Shown piece by piece: positions 11,480-25,643 of a DNA stretch of 64,000 nucleotides. The position numbers were made by a program, and so were the translations under genes. The notes under the pieces are model-generated. The model was not told the origin of the DNA. It did not search any database and worked only from the letters and a program-made list of their open reading frames with translations. Each line of letters starts with the position of its first letter. The first letter of the stretch is position 1. The DNA comes from Lama glama (Eukaryota): NCBI GenBank assembly GCA_028534125.1, contig CM052816.1, positions 86,368,001-86,432,000 of the forward strand, written 5' to 3'.

Positions 11480-11885
11480 TAGTCCAGAATTGATTTATTG
11501 TATGTTTCTTATCTAAACCTTTTATGAACCCATTATATTCTCTGGCTGTGTTACTTCCATGAGCACTCCACCTAATAAATAAAGAAGCGTGGCACTTCCC
11601 ATTATTTGTGTTAAATTTATCTCTTTTAAACTTCAGAGAGTGTCCTCCAACCTGGCATAATTGAAGTGTGTGGAGAGCTTGGCTTCCACACTTACCCACC
11701 TTCTTCATGATTTAATAGATGTCAGAGTTTCCAGATTGAAGAATCTAATCTTTCAGATCTTCCTATACAAAGCTCCTCCATTTCTTTAATGATAGTTTAG
11801 TTGTCTTTCTGTGAGAACTTTCTAGCCTTATTGTACTTCTTTGAGGTCAGGCAGTCGCATTGCGGGAGAACACTCATGCAAGTGG
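11480..11885 (-). mobile_element. CR1/L3-clade LINE relic (ORF2 C-terminal region)
   Basis: Minus-strand translation contains GHSLKFKRDKFNTNNGK and NGFIKGLDK, and upstream frameshifted pieces resemble ...LEK..R.TK.IKEMEEL. These match the typical CR1 ORF2 end (RGHSLKL...FR...NGFKKGLD). Confidence 0.8.
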
Positions 11886-14703
11886 TTTGTAGAAGTCACA
11901 ACAGAAGGAATAAGCATTTAAGAATATGGGTCCCCCACCCTGTCTTGCCCTTTTCACCAAGTGAAATCTTTAATACATACCTTGATACCTCTTCAGTGTA
12001 TTTTGCCTTCCACAAAAACTTGGCATTCAAAAGAGATGGCTTCTAAGTTCCTTTCCAAATCAATATCTCAGAAATGAAATTGCAAAATTAATAATTTTTT
12101 TTGAAAGAGTAAAAGAAACTTTTGGATGTGGTTAATGAGGCACAGAATACAATGAAATAATTCAGTCTTGAGCCTTGTGTGGTGATTAATAGGGAAATAG
12201 CCACACAGTTTCATAAACTGACCTAGGAACCGCATACCTCCGTGACCACCATTCCTGGTCTTTAATGTGTCACTCCATCATAGCTGTCTGCATGTCTCTG
12301 AGACTTTATGTTTTCCTCTCTCTTTGTTTATGTTGTTTACCCAAAATTTGATTAAAGTATTTTCAGCAATATTTGATTTTTTAAAATTGATTCATTTAAA
12401 TATTGATTGAAGTAGTGGTAAGAAAAAACATGTATAAAACAGACTAAAATCTATGAACTTATGGAGTTTACATTCTAGAGTGAGGATCAAATAATAAAAA
12501 TCTAAATAACAAGTATATTTAATATGGCTATTTGTAATACATGCTATGGAGGAAACAATGCAGAGAAAGAGGTGTTACTGGTCTAAAAGTGATTTATTTC
12601 TCACAGCAGGATGTAGCTTCTTTATGGTTGGATTTTTGCCCCTGACTATACCTTGGGGCAAAAAATGATTCCTGTGTGGGTATCTGGTTATGTCCTGTTT
12701 TTTTCCTTCAACCTGCTGTAATACTTTGATAGTGGAGAAATATTTCAGAAATGTATTTCTTAGGAAAAAAGGGGGGAGAGAAATTTCATTTCTCACTAGA
12801 TAAGGTGCAGTGCAGAAAATGCAAAAAATAGTTTTGAGTGATACGTTTTTCATTTTCATCACTGATAGAGTTGACAGTTGTGTGAAGGAAGAAAAAAAAA
12901 GACACGAGCCGTGAGACAAATCTCTAAAAACACATATGCGGTTATTTAAAAGTACAGCTCACCCTGCAGTTGCATTTTGGAATTCAGCACTGCCTTCTGC
13001 TTGCTTTGCTTCTGTTGGCTTTCCTTTTCCGCAAGGTAAGAGATACTCTGACCAGAGGGTTGTAGCCTTTCATAAATATTTTTGTTCACATGATGCTTAA
13101 ATGCTACTGAAAAACTCCTGCCAGCTCTGCAGATCTGTTTGGGGCTCTCTGATTCTCTGTTGCAAACTTCATGTAAGTCTGAGGTGACTGAAAAGAGAGA
13201 ATTTCTCTGATTGTTTAAATCATTTCTGATTTGAAAGAAATATCCTGCTATAGGAACGTACATCACAACGACAGCTCCCTTTTAGAATTTGTTATGCAAC
13301 TTACACAGTTCGGACTGTCCCCGCACGTTTGTTCTGTCGCATACTGTTATTACCTTTTCTCCTCATTGCCTGTCATATTTTATATGCAATCATCAGACAC
13401 TTTCATGCTCAAGTGGTCTTTAGCTGGGTGCTCTCCAGCTGTTCAAAACTGTTAAATACAACTAGTGCCCCTGTTGGGAGTGTGCCTGACTGGCTTCCTG
13501 CATCTTTAGGAACCGCTGGCTTGGAATTGGCTGCGAATGAACACTGGCGCTGCCCTTAGCCACAAGCTCTGTTTCCCAGTCCTCTGTCTGCTTCCTGTGT
13601 GACACATAGGAAAGGTGAAATCATACTTATTTCTGGCAGAGGCATACCCTTTTTCTCCTCTTCTTTTCTGTGCACTTGGCATTAGAAGCACAGCACTCTT
13701 TGAAGCTACCCCACATTTTTTTTTATGTCCTACAAAGTGCCAGAACTAAGGCCAAATATGCAAGTGACATAACTTTATTTGGTCTCAGAATCCTTTTTTT
13801 GAAATGAAGGAATTAAACTGGATGATTTCTATTTTTTTTCTGAGTTTTACAAAACAAAAGCATTCCAAGTAAAGACTTTTAAAAATATGTGGGTTAACAT
13901 ATAAACTTGACATTGGAGGGTATTTTTTTTCCCCTAACTACCTGTGTTTTTATTTCTTTGTCATTAAAATACATGAAGCAGTGTTCGGTGTCTTGTAAAT
14001 ATTGAGAGATGCCATACGAGCACCACCAATAAATGCCTCTTCAGTTTCAGCATTTTTAAGTGCTGGAGACCTGAAGAGGAGAATGACAGAGTCTGTACCC
14101 AGAAGTTGATAGTAGCAGATTTAAAGTGTTTCATGATTATCACTGCCAAGGCTGGTGGGTTTGGAATGGTGATCCATTCTCTAATCAGAGCTAGAGCGAC
14201 TTGGCTAAAGCACGTGTTTTGCACATGCTCATCCCTCCTAACACATTCCACGTTCTGCAGCCTGCTAGAGCTGAGCCTTTAGTCTAAGCAGCGCTAAGGG
14301 ATCTGGCATGGCTTAGCTGGGAGAACGTCCCTTCTTCCCTCATGCTCCTTTCCTCTCCCTCCTGGCAAATTCTTACAACCCACTTGTGGTGAGTGTATCT
14401 TTGACCCACTGTGTGTACTCCTGCTCACAACATTCAGAAGCTGAAGAAATTTGGTCTCCAGTCTTTCACCAGATCAAGTGAATGGGTTTTGTCAAAGGGC
14501 AGCTGTGACTCAGGAGTTTGAATTTGTGCCAACATTTTCTGTAGTCTTCATCCTGGCTCCGGACTTGAGCAGCCTGGTCTCTGTGCTTGTCCCACCTCAA
14601 CCTATTCTCAGCTCACGTAAGTCAGATTGTTACCCCTCAAAAAGGAAGAGACCCCAGTCCTTGTCTTACCCAACAGACAAGATTACAGGTGAGAGACAGA
14701 GTA

Positions 14704-15151
14704 TGTTGTGTAGCAATAGATTTTAAAGGATTTATTTAGGAAAAGAAAAGAACAGGAGACAGGCTGATCCAAGGCAGGAAAAAGGTCTTTGTTTGCACCC
14801 TGGCTTAGAGGCGGTCTTTTGATTGATTGATGGCTCTTGCTCCTGGAATGCCTAGTCATGTTTGTTTCCTTTGCGCATGTCCTTACCCGTGGTGCACACA
14901 GAAAGACCCATGGGGGGGCCTGAACTGTAATGTTAATTATATTACAACGAGCTTTGGGTCGTGTCCAGTTACGTTTGTTTTTTGCTACCACACGGTTGCA
15001 GCTGTTGGGTTCTAACCAGTTTCTTGCTGGTGCTCATTTAGAAGAAGTGAAGTCCCTTTATGCTGGAGGCGGGCATAACGTCATCTTCCAGACCATCCTC
15101 CCTCTCCTCCACCTGTCTGCCCAGTGCCCCCACGTAGCTAGCTACCTAACA
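14704..15151 (-). mobile_element. Solo ERV LTR (ERV1-like)
   Basis: TGTT...AACA termini. Minus strand begins TGTTAGGTAGCTAGC and has AATAAA near 14730, close to its 3' end. GC and CpG content are raised. TSD is not clean (AGTA/AGAT). Confidence 0.7.
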
Positions 15152-15199
15152 AGATGATTCTGGGCAAACATCTCACTTGCTGTAAAAGCCAAAGACTTT

Positions 15200-15670
15200 G
15201 CAAGAGTTGGTAAGACTCCTCTCCCTTCTGGTCCCCGTTCCCTTGTCAGCCTCATCTCTTTCTGCTCCCCCAAGGCTCACACCACTTTTGCCAGCCTGGT
15301 TTCCCTTCAGAAGCAGGAAAGCTGCTGCTTTAGGTGGGGCCTTTGCATTTCCATGTCTCTTCTGCATGGAAACACTTTCACACACATATACATATACATT
15401 TACATATATGCCAGGCTCACCCTCCTTTCCTTCGGGTCCTTACTTGAACATGACCCCTCCTGACAGGCTTTCCCTGACTCCCCTAATTAAAATAGGAATC
15501 CTTCAACACTCCTTATGCCATTTTCCAGTTTGGGTGTTTCTTAAGCACTTCTCACGCTCAACATATCATGTATTTAATTTATTCTTTCGTTTATTGTTGA
15601 TAACCTCCCAAAGAAATCAAACTTCTTGATGACGGTGAATCTGCTTGTTTTGTTTCTGCTGTGTTACTAA
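15200..15670 (+). mobile_element. L2 LINE 3' region
   Basis: GGGCCTTTGCATTT...CATGGAAACACTTTC...GGCTTTCCCTGAC...AAACTTCTTGATGAC...TGTTTTGTTTCTGCTGTG, typical of L2a. Confidence 0.7.
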
Positions 15671-18428
15671 CTTACTGTGTTTTCTGTTTGAATCCTTCCA
15701 ATAAGATCCAAGTGTGGACCCAGAATACTGTTTGATTTGTTTAGCTCTGTGCGCTCTTAATCCGCGTGCATTGGTTGAATTTTTAAATAAATAAATAGAT
15801 ATGGGGGTTCTGTTGGGTTTTTAGATGGCAACCAATCCTAGAGATTTCAAAGAGACTCGTTCACCATTTTGGTGGCCTTTCTCCCCACTGCTGCTCTGAC
15901 ACACGTCAGTATTCTGGACGAGCGGTGAGAGGCCAGGGGACTGACAGACACTCTAAGGAGCAGATCCCCTGACCCGGCCATTCTGAGTGCCCTTGAATAG
16001 ACAGCTGGTGAAGGAGGTCCATCCCTGAATTGAATTCATCAGAGTGACCGATCTCGGCTGCATGCTGGCAGATATTTCCTATGTTCAACCTTAAAATATT
16101 GTCAAATGCTGATCAGTCCAAATGTCTTGTATATTATGCTGGCAGCTAGACCTTGAGGACAAGATGAAACTATTAAGAGTTTTCCAAATCTTCACAAGTT
16201 GAAACAAACTGTCCAGAGCTAGTCACTCGGCTGAATTGATTGCTGCTTTATGGGATTTGTATATTTTGTGCCTCTTCTGTCAACATTCTTTATGTCTAAT
16301 ATGAATACTGACTGGTACAGACACCATTTACAAAACTGCAATGAGAAAAGAAAAAAAAAACCCTACTTTGTCCCTTAACTGTGGTAATTTATAACTGGCA
16401 TATTCAGAGTTGATTACCTAGAGGAATTCACAACAATATATAAAGGTCAGAAAAGTACCGCTTTGACAAGTATATGTCCTGTCCTTACCATTGCCTGAAA
16501 AAAGTTGGATTTATATGATTTAAAATCGAATGCAATATTAATGTGCTTCTTCATTTTTAGAGACCTTCCTTTATTCGAAGGGCCGATTTTGAGATGACCA
16601 TGTTTTATATGTCTTACGCAGAATGTTTTCTTATCTTAATTGCTTCATAAATAAGGCTTCTTCATTTTAAACAAAATGAAGAACTTTACTTTTTAATCCT
16701 ATGCTTTCTCAGTGTACTTGGAGGCTTGATTATTGAAAAAGATTATACGTATCTTACAGGAATGTGGACTCTTCTTGTAATATACATAATTTTTTAAAAA
16801 CATAATAGGTGTAAATAATTAAATGCTGCATTTTGAGCTGTCTGACAAAAGGACAACAGGAAAAAAAATCTAAATTCAGGAATACTAGAAAAACTATTGC
16901 TATCTATACTGTGATAAAAATGTAATATATTCACATCTGTGAGAAATAAAAGCTGTATGTCAGAGGACAGTAAGGTAGAACTGAAAAGGAAAGGATTTAT
17001 AGTATATTTTTGGAGAAGTGTCTATGTTGATATCTGCAAGTATACTTTATTCATTTTCCTGCTAAAAGTATACTTCTTAATGAACCAACCTCAGCGGTAA
17101 CAAGGATAAAAAAGCAAACACAAAAAGATAAGCCCAGTGTGATACTATTTAAGTAGAAGGAATACAAAATAAAATTATATGTTGTTTTTGGATACACACA
17201 TTTTGGCAGAAATAGAAAAAAATGCATAAAAATGCACACACACCAACTTACTGATGGTGTTTACTTATAGAAGGAGAAGAAAAAGAAGAGTTGGAGGGGG
17301 TTATTTATTATGAATAATGAGGCTTCTTTGGTTTTATCAGAAAGAGACTTCTGAAACAAATATGTTGCTTTACTAACATATCAAAAATCTGATTTGGGTT
17401 ATTTGAATTTTTGTTGCAGTATTTGCTATATTTTAAAGGACAGGCATTAACAACATAACCATACTCAAATGCATGGACAATATTAAATTGCATTTCTAGA
17501 AGCTGTCCTGAAATTTTAAACCATTTTCAGCATTCCAGGTGTGTATAACTTTTTCTCCATGAATATAGTTGAGAAAAAATAAAACACCAGCTTTACCTTT
17601 TTCCAAAGTACTTATGATTACATATACAAGTATACTATACAATTTTATTTCAACATGAAACATAGTAATTTACCTTCTATATATCAATGCACATCCATAT
17701 GTTAACATACAATATTACCAATATTATAACCTTTTTATTCTGATATACATATTACTATCAAGACATATTTTTCTCTTTTTAAAGACATGAGGAAGAAACA
17801 TTTATGATTTTTACAGTTGTGGATAGTTTTCATCTAGGAAAAATTCAGATGCTTAAAAATATTAATTCTTTTGGTGAATACTTTGGGGAGGGTAGGGGTT
17901 AAAATCATTGACAATGGACGACTACACTCTTTGTATTTAGTGAAATTTATTTGAATTTAACATGCTCAGTCTTCTCCTCCTTGGATGTGGGAGGAAGTCA
18001 ACATACCAAAGTTCCTGTCAGGGTATGTGAAAACTGTCCCAAGTTGCTATAATAATATTACACTTTGTTTGTTTGTTTTTAAGGAGGTAGGAGTCATTCA
18101 ATCCCAAGTCATTTACTGAGGTTATATTCTGTCTTAGATGTGGAAATAGGCAGAGAGACAGGTGGATAAAAAAATAAGAAATTACAATGAATTTATAGTC
18201 TAGGTAAGAATTTTAAAAAGCATATGCATATAAAGTTATTTATAAAGATATATAATAATTGAGTACCAAATGTATGATTCAGATTATAGGAGGATTTAGA
18301 ACATTGTGACAAGATTCATTAGAACACTGCTTATTTCATCATCATCTGTGGACCTATAAACCTATTTTGGCCACCTTATAAAAGGTTTTTAACCATGGAG
18401 CCACGCAGTTTTAGAATTGTAACATAGC

Positions 18429-18733
18429 TGCTATAGAGTGACTGTATCTCCCCCAAATTCCTGCTGAAACCTAACCCCTAGTGGGAAGGGATTTGCAAGG
18501 GGGGCCTTTGGGACGTGATTAGGTCATGAGGGTAGAGACCTCATGAGCGGTGTTTGAGACACCCCAGAGAGCTCCGTTTCCCCTTGCCCAGGTAGGGACA
18601 CAGTGAGAAAATGGCCACCTGTGAACTAGAAGGGGGCCTTCCCAGCATCCAGAACTGTAAGAGATAAACATTTGTTGTTTAAGTCTCCCAGTCTGTGGCA
18701 TTTTTGTGATAGCGGCCCAGAAGCACTAAGGCA
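18429..18733 (+). mobile_element. MaLR LTR, MLT1A-like
   Basis: TGCTAT...CCCCCAAATTC...GGGGCCTTTGGGACGTGATTAGGTCATGAGGGTAGAG...CCAGAACTGTAAGAGATAAACATTTGTTGTTTAAG...ACTAAGGCA. Confidence 0.88.
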
Positions 18734-21700
18734 AGATCTTAGCAGTTAGTCTGTCTCCATCCCCACCTCCGTTTCCTATACCATTTTCAAAAATATTTTG
18801 ATTTCACCTGTATCTCCTTCAGCTGTTGTCAGGGTAGATTACACCCCATGATTCATCAGTGTCCAATCTCAGTGTTTTTCCCCCCATTATGTGTAGATCA
18901 CCAGGTGATTCATAATCCGTTCATTCAAGAGCGCATCTCAGAAAAATAAACCATTAGTATAAGCATAATTTTGGATAATATTAGGTTAAAGTAATTTAAT
19001 ATGGAAGGATGGCAATAATCTCTGGGTCTCTGGAAACTGCACTCTTAGGAATGTTTACTGAAGGCTGATTAGTTATGAAGCAAAAGTTCAAACCAGTTTA
19101 AGCGACAGCTGCAGTGAATACACAAATGGTAAACTTGGTCTCTGAGAGCTTCCTTTACCAGCTGTTTTTGAAATCCTTTCAATTGACGTGCTATTTACTT
19201 ACTAGTTTAAGTATCACTGTTAAAACTCACATGACGATCCTACTTTAATGCGCAAATATTAAGTGAATATCATGAAGCCTTTCGCTTTTCTGAACTTTGT
19301 ATTTTCATTAAAGTTCTACATTTATATTAACTGTATCTTTTAAACTCTGGCCTAATTTTATTCTCACATAGTGATTTCAAGGAGGTACTGGTTCCATCTA
19401 ATGGATAACGATCTAACTTATAAAGCAAGTGGTCGATTAACTAGTCACTGAGAAAAAGAAAAGGTTATAATGTATAGTTATCTAAGTAATGCATGAGTAT
19501 TATGGTAGTTTAATCATATGTTTATTCTTGACCATGGAGCTCAGTATCTACTTCCTTTTCTTTAATTAGGTTTCTTATTTCTTTGTAGAGGTTATCTTAT
19601 TCTGAAATTAAGCGACATATTTGGAAGTATTTAGAGGAGGTGTTTTGTAGGGTCAGTGATAAATTTCCTATCATCTTAATCATCCTCAATATGTATTTGA
19701 TAAAATAATTACTTGGTTATTTAATTTTAAATTGTTTGCAAATTTTAAAGGCTCTGTCAAAATTTTAATTTTCATAATTGTTATTTATTGTTTTAGTGTG
19801 TTCTAATGGATTGTTCAGTAGTATACTAAAACAGGCAAACTTAGATAATTAAGTAACTCAAAACATGAGTTAATTTTTGAATTGGTGAGATCAGTTATAT
19901 AAAACAGTGATGTGAGTTTCCTAATCCTTAAATACTAAGGGGTGTTAACTTGTATTTTTAGATTGAAAGGGCAAGAACACAGAAATGATAACTAAGCACT
20001 AAGCACCCATTTACACATTTTAGCAAGATGTAAATTACACTGTCTTCTATGAAATTAAATATAAAGTATGTGTGAGCATCTTAATTTTAGGAAGAAAATG
20101 TAGGCATAAATTATTTAACTTAAAATACTTGGCATTGTATATTAGAAATATGAATTATATTAATGAATTTATAGGATTTAAACTATTCACTGGATAAAAT
20201 TTGTGTTTTATTCAAATACTCAAATGTTTAAATCCTTATTTATGCCTTTTTAAAATTATTTTTAAAATCTTCAAGTAACAGGTAAAAACTATGGTAAAAT
20301 ATTAATAAATAAGTAAATTAATAAATAATTCTATTGATAAATTTTAAAACCTTCATGAAATGTTTTGGGGATAAATCTCAAACTTGCCAAGTTTTTAATG
20401 GTGTTAATAAGATGTTTTTTCAAATCCCAAGTGCTATGTGAAGATAGCCAGCATTCTTGTTGTTTAAAGAAAATAGCTTTCTTATCAACAAAAAATTTTG
20501 AATTTTTTGAAAAAAGGGAATAATTTCATAAAGAAAATAATACATTATTCTATATATGGAGCTAAACCAACAAAGGCTCTTTTACTTCCAGTTATACCTC
20601 CACAGATTGTCACAAAAAGTGAAAATGATTTTGCTTGCAAATTTTAGTGAACCTCCAGTTAGTGAATCTAGTTAGATAATTAAGTAAACCTATTGGTTCA
20701 GTAAAGTCAAGGGCCAGATATGGGGCAGCTTTAGAGTTGCCCAATACAGGGATTCTGTGCTCTTCATGGACCCGGGTTCCTTCTGGCTCTCTTCTCTCCA
20801 TTCACCGTTTTGAATTCTGCCAGTGATAAGGCCTCGTATAGTTGTAAAAAAGTAGCCAGGAGGAATCTAAGTTACAGGCTTTCTTGCTTATGACTAACAG
20901 GTGGGAGAGAGAGGAAGCGAGAGAGACAGAGATGTCACTGAGAACTGAAGAGATCCTTTGAGAATCCTTGGCTTGAATCAGTCTAGAACGAGGGGCCTGG
21001 GATTCCTGAAATTTACAAATCTGGATGTGGTGAAGTCTCTGCTCAAGGCACGTGACCTGACACGGTAGGAGTGGAATATAAAAATCTAAATATGGCAGAG
21101 GAAAAAGGAATGAATCCTGGCTAGCTATTGGGGATTTTCTTCCAGTTTCTGAGCATGTTTCTTCCAATTAACATGCCTAGAAATTGTGGGCGTTGCTACT
21201 GGGTTAGGTTTGAAGCCTCACTGAGCTGATCATGAAGTGAAATTACATCAGAAGTCTGTTTTAATATTTATTTGGCCCATTCCAGCCAGTGGGTCAGAAA
21301 ATATTTCGGGTCCCTAGGTATTTTCATTAGCTTGAAACTTTTATCCGTATTTTCCAAATGTCCATTTCTCTCCCCACAGTGCACAGTTAGCTCAGAAAAT
21401 GTCCACAGTCTCATTTGGAAAAGCTAGAGCTAGAGAGAAGATATTTGTGCTGTATTTCATATTCACTCAGGTGTACTTAGATACTTAATCATTCACCAGG
21501 CTCTGAATCTTTGAAATGACTCAGGTCCGGAATTTTGCTGAAGAGCTATACATCTCAGCTGTAGCTGAAGTATCATTTTTCCGCCTGACCAACTACAAGG
21601 TGTTTCAGTTATATAAATCGTGTAGACCTTAGGGTTCTGTACATCTATTTCAGTTCTAGAAATTCTATGATCACTTAGCTACTGGAAAATGCTCTCCTGT

Positions 21701-24189
21701 GGCACCACTACTAATTATACAGAAATTACATTTTGCATCTGATGGTTCATTGATATTATTTGGTCTCCACACCCAAGGATCTCATCACGCCCATGGAAAA
21801 AGGAGCCTCTTTACTGCAAACTCTCTTAACAGCAGTTCTAGCTAACAGGAAACAGCCTCTACAAGACTTTTAAAAGGTGCTGATGTGCCGTCATCCACGT
21901 ATGTGTCAATACAAAGGTTAGAAAGCATTTGCCCTCCACTCTTAAGAGATGTAAAGAATAGATTGAGTGAGTTACACATGATAAAACCAGTTTACCATTC
22001 TCATTTCCTTAATTAAATGAATCTTTTTGTACACATAATACCAAAGAGTTTTGGGTATCTCAGAGTCTTCATTAAGTCCATATTTTAATTAGCTAGCTAA
22101 GCAACAAAGCAAACCCCATTATCATGTGCTGAGGTTAGCACAACAATTCTAAATTTAGGGGAAGGGCAACCATATTAATAAATGTCGCATCCTAAAATTC
22201 TGTTCTGCTATCCTTCGTTTAGCACCTTCCAAATTTATTCATTTATGTATTTTCTAGATTTTTTGTTAATACAAATTCAAAAATTATTACAGTGTTTTCA
22301 CGCTTAATCATCTCTTCAAGAATTTAAGTTTGTAATTGTCTCCCTGGGGCATGTTGAGTTCTGATTCCAATTTAGATCAGCAGATAATTAGAAGTGGTGG
22401 AGGATGGGAGTGATAAGAATAATTTTCCCTGGTAAGGTAACTCTCTCAGATGAAGTTTTTATTGGATTTTAAGTGAAAGCAAACCAGGCCTTCTTGGAGT
22501 TGGAAGGAAGGCCTGCTTCTGCTAACAGTGAAGCCTTGGAGATGTTGGGGAATTTGGGGGACACTGAGCCATCTGGATCCTACCACACTTTTCTGCTCCA
22601 GTATTCAGACTCTTAAACTTGTTCTCAATTAATTTACTAGCTTTCATATACTGTGGTAGTAATGAGACTGTATGCAACAAACTTTAAAATTTTAAAATTA
22701 TTAGGATCAAACTTCTGAGTTTGGAGCTCGAAGTCTGCAGTTGTAGATGACACAAGATTACTTCATCAGTCATAAAATTCCCGTGGATTCTCTCTGTGCC
22801 CTGAGCCAAGACATATGGCTTCAAGCTTATTATTTGTTTCCTTCAAGCTGTCAGGACAGTTTGAAAAAACCAACCCACCTTCACACTTTACACATTCCTG
22901 AAGTCTTTTAATACTGTTTTCTCAAAACAGCCAACCTGTCCCCCAAAGTCTTGTGGCTCAGTGGGCATTTTACTCTACGTCATAATTTAATTAGCTGTTT
23001 TGCTACCGCCAGCCAAGGGATGATAAAATTTCATTTTTAATTTCAGCTGGATTTTTGTTTTGAGCCATCAGCTCTCCCTGGTCTTGTAATAAACTGAACA
23101 TTTCTTCTATTGCCCTGAGATTCTGTTGCCTGCAGTCACTTCTACCAATTTATGTATCATTTAGGATTGTGATGTAACTCGTTTGTGGAGCCAAATTCAC
23201 AGGTGGGTGTCCTAACTGCAAAGGAGGCTAAAAAATCTATTCATTGGAATTCTTTCTTGGGAGTCAGGACTTGTAAGTGAGGACATACAGTCAACATTGG
23301 AAGGCTATTTAAAATAGAATCATCAACAAAAATAATGACAAACATTCTCATGTGATTCTTATCTTTCTGTTGGGCATTGCCTATTCATGTTTTTTTTTTT
23401 TTACTTTTTTTTATGTGGTCCTCGTTGTTTGTTTCTTATTAATTTGTCAAAGTACATTGTGCAAATTACAAAGTCCCTTAGAGGTCTTAAATCCTTTATT
23501 ATATAATTTGCTTGTGTTTTTTCCAAATATGCACATTGTCTTTAAAATGTGTAAGTTTATTTTTCTTAAAGCTTTTATAGTTATTATCTCCTTAGTTAAT
23601 GCATTAAACTTTTCTTTAAACACCTTTGTAAAATGTCATATCTATAATTGTGATATGATATTTTTATGATTTTTGTAAGTACCTTCTGATTTATTTTGAT
23701 TTTAGATTCCATTAGGATCCTAAGTTGTTTTTTAATTCTCCAAATGTTTTCCAACAAGTACCAAAATCATCTTTTTTCTATTAATATGAAATTAATGTGT
23801 ATTTGGAAATATAGCCAAAGCTCATATTTGTCAGTTATTCCCTTGATGTTTTTGTGAAAACAAAACAAAGCAAAATCCTAGTTGTTTTCTTGCTCCTAGG
23901 TCTGCCAGTTAGCTAGCCTAAACAAGTTACATGGCCAGGAGGAAAGTGAATGGGGTGAGGACGTGGGTGTTGTTAACTCAGCAACTTCTCTTTGGAGGTA
24001 CATGGCAAAGGGTGTAAATGTGTAATCCTAACAGAAGGAGCAAATGGAGACTTAGAAATGCTTGTTTAATTACTCCTTTGTAACATCTTCTATTCATTAA
24101 TAGTTATTTATCTATTTTTTGGTTCTGTTTTCATTCTGAAATCTGAAAAATACTAAACAATATTTTCACTTTTCCACTTGCTCCTTTTC

Positions 24190-24405
24190 CTTCCAGTTTT
24201 AGTGAAATACGATTGACACACAACACTGTGTAAATTTTAGGTATACAGCACAGCGATTTGACTTACATACATTATGAAATGTTTATGACAATAAGTTGAG
24301 TGAACGTCCATCATCTTATATATATACAAAATAAAAGAAAAAGAAGAAATCTTATCCTTGTGATAAGAACTCTTAGGATTTTCTCTCTTAACGACTTTCA
24401 TATGC
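24190..24405 (-). mobile_element. L1 3' end fragment (L1MA9-like)
   Basis: TTGACACACAACACTGTGTAAATTTTAGGTATACAGC...CTTGTGATAAGAACTCTTAGGATT...CTCTTAACGACTTTCA. A homologous copy is at 36430-36665. Confidence 0.75.
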
Positions 24406-25415
24406 ATTTACTTTTTCAGTCATTTGGAATTTATGTTGACAGGTTATGTGAATCCAATTTTACTTCAAATAGTTGATTGATTACATCAGCCAATTCAAAT
24501 GAATATATGTATTTTTCCATGTTTTACATTAGTGTCACCTGTTTCTGTTTTAATTTGGGGAAGTACTGTGGATATTGAAAAATATCAAATAAGCCATGAT
24601 CAGTCATCAAAAAGACTACAAATGCTATTTTATTGTCATTATTGCCCAAAACAAAAACTCAAGAAAAGGTATGTTAAGTTAATACATTTCAAGGAAAACC
24701 AAAGTGAAAATAAAGATAGATGGTTAGACAGACTCAGGATACAACCTGTAATAAGTATATCCCTGTGGAAAGTGACTTTTTGAGCTCCTCCTAACCTGAG
24801 CATCATTGCCTCTGCCTTCTCCCACGTACCTCATGTCAATTTCTCCAGTGAGTGTTTATGCCAGTTAAAACAGAAAAGAACTTATTAAGCCATATCAACC
24901 ACACACTTTAAAGCAAAAGGGCTTTACAATATCTTCCTGAGTTTCAGTTCAGTGTATTGCTGGAGAGAGCCTAAATTTAGGCTTGAGAATATACACATGT
25001 TTTGGGGAATTTGGTGTGAGACTGGAATCTAGCATTTTGGGTTATTGGATCAGCTATGCTATTATGATCCCTTTGGGAAATAATTTACCCCTAAAATGAC
25101 TCATATTTTGCACTTATAAAATTACTTATATCGATTAGATTAACTCTGAAGTCATTCTGAACTTTAAGCTTTTTTGAAAATAGCTTAGAAATGGGAAAAC
25201 AGAAAAATATCTTACAGAAAACTTGGCTTCCATTGTAAACTTGCATACAGATTAATTAGCAAACATATGCTTTAGGCCTGCTTCTGTTCAGGACTTCAGG
25301 TCCTGATTTCAGCCTTCTTTTTTTCTTTAAATGTGCACATTTTGCTTAGCATTTGCTTTCAGTGCTTAATTAAATTATTTATCTAAATATAAATATTCTA
25401 GGCAATGTTACAATC

Positions 25416-25643
25416 TTGTGGTTCTTAATTGAAGGTAGTTTTTCCTCCTCACCTCCTAGAAAACATTTGGCACTGTCTGGAGACATTTTTGTCCGTCACA
25501 GCTGAGCAAGGGGCATTGCCACTGGCATTGGATGGACAGAGGCCAGGGACGCTACTTGGCGTCCTGCATTTCACGTGCTGGACTCCCACAACAAAGAATT
25601 ACTCAGTCCAGAATATCAACAGTGATACCGTTGAAAAGCCCTG
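25416..25643 (+). mobile_element. MER20 hAT-Charlie MITE
   Basis: ACATTTGGCACTGTCTGGAGACATTTTTG...ACTGGCAT...AGAGGCCAGGGACGCT...CCCACAACAAAGAATT...GTTGAAAAGCCCTG. Confidence 0.88.

Noticed and set aside
11403..11708. 101-aa ORF as a protein-coding gene
   Set aside because: Frameshifted remnant of CR1 ORF2.
15198..15629. 143-aa ORF with signal-peptide-like start
   Set aside because: Starts at TTG and lies within an L2 fragment; the hydrophobicity reflects pyrimidine-rich DNA.
22130..22215. Imperfect inverted repeat (AGGTTAGCA...TGCTATCCT)
   Set aside because: Too degenerate to call; may be a decayed MITE.
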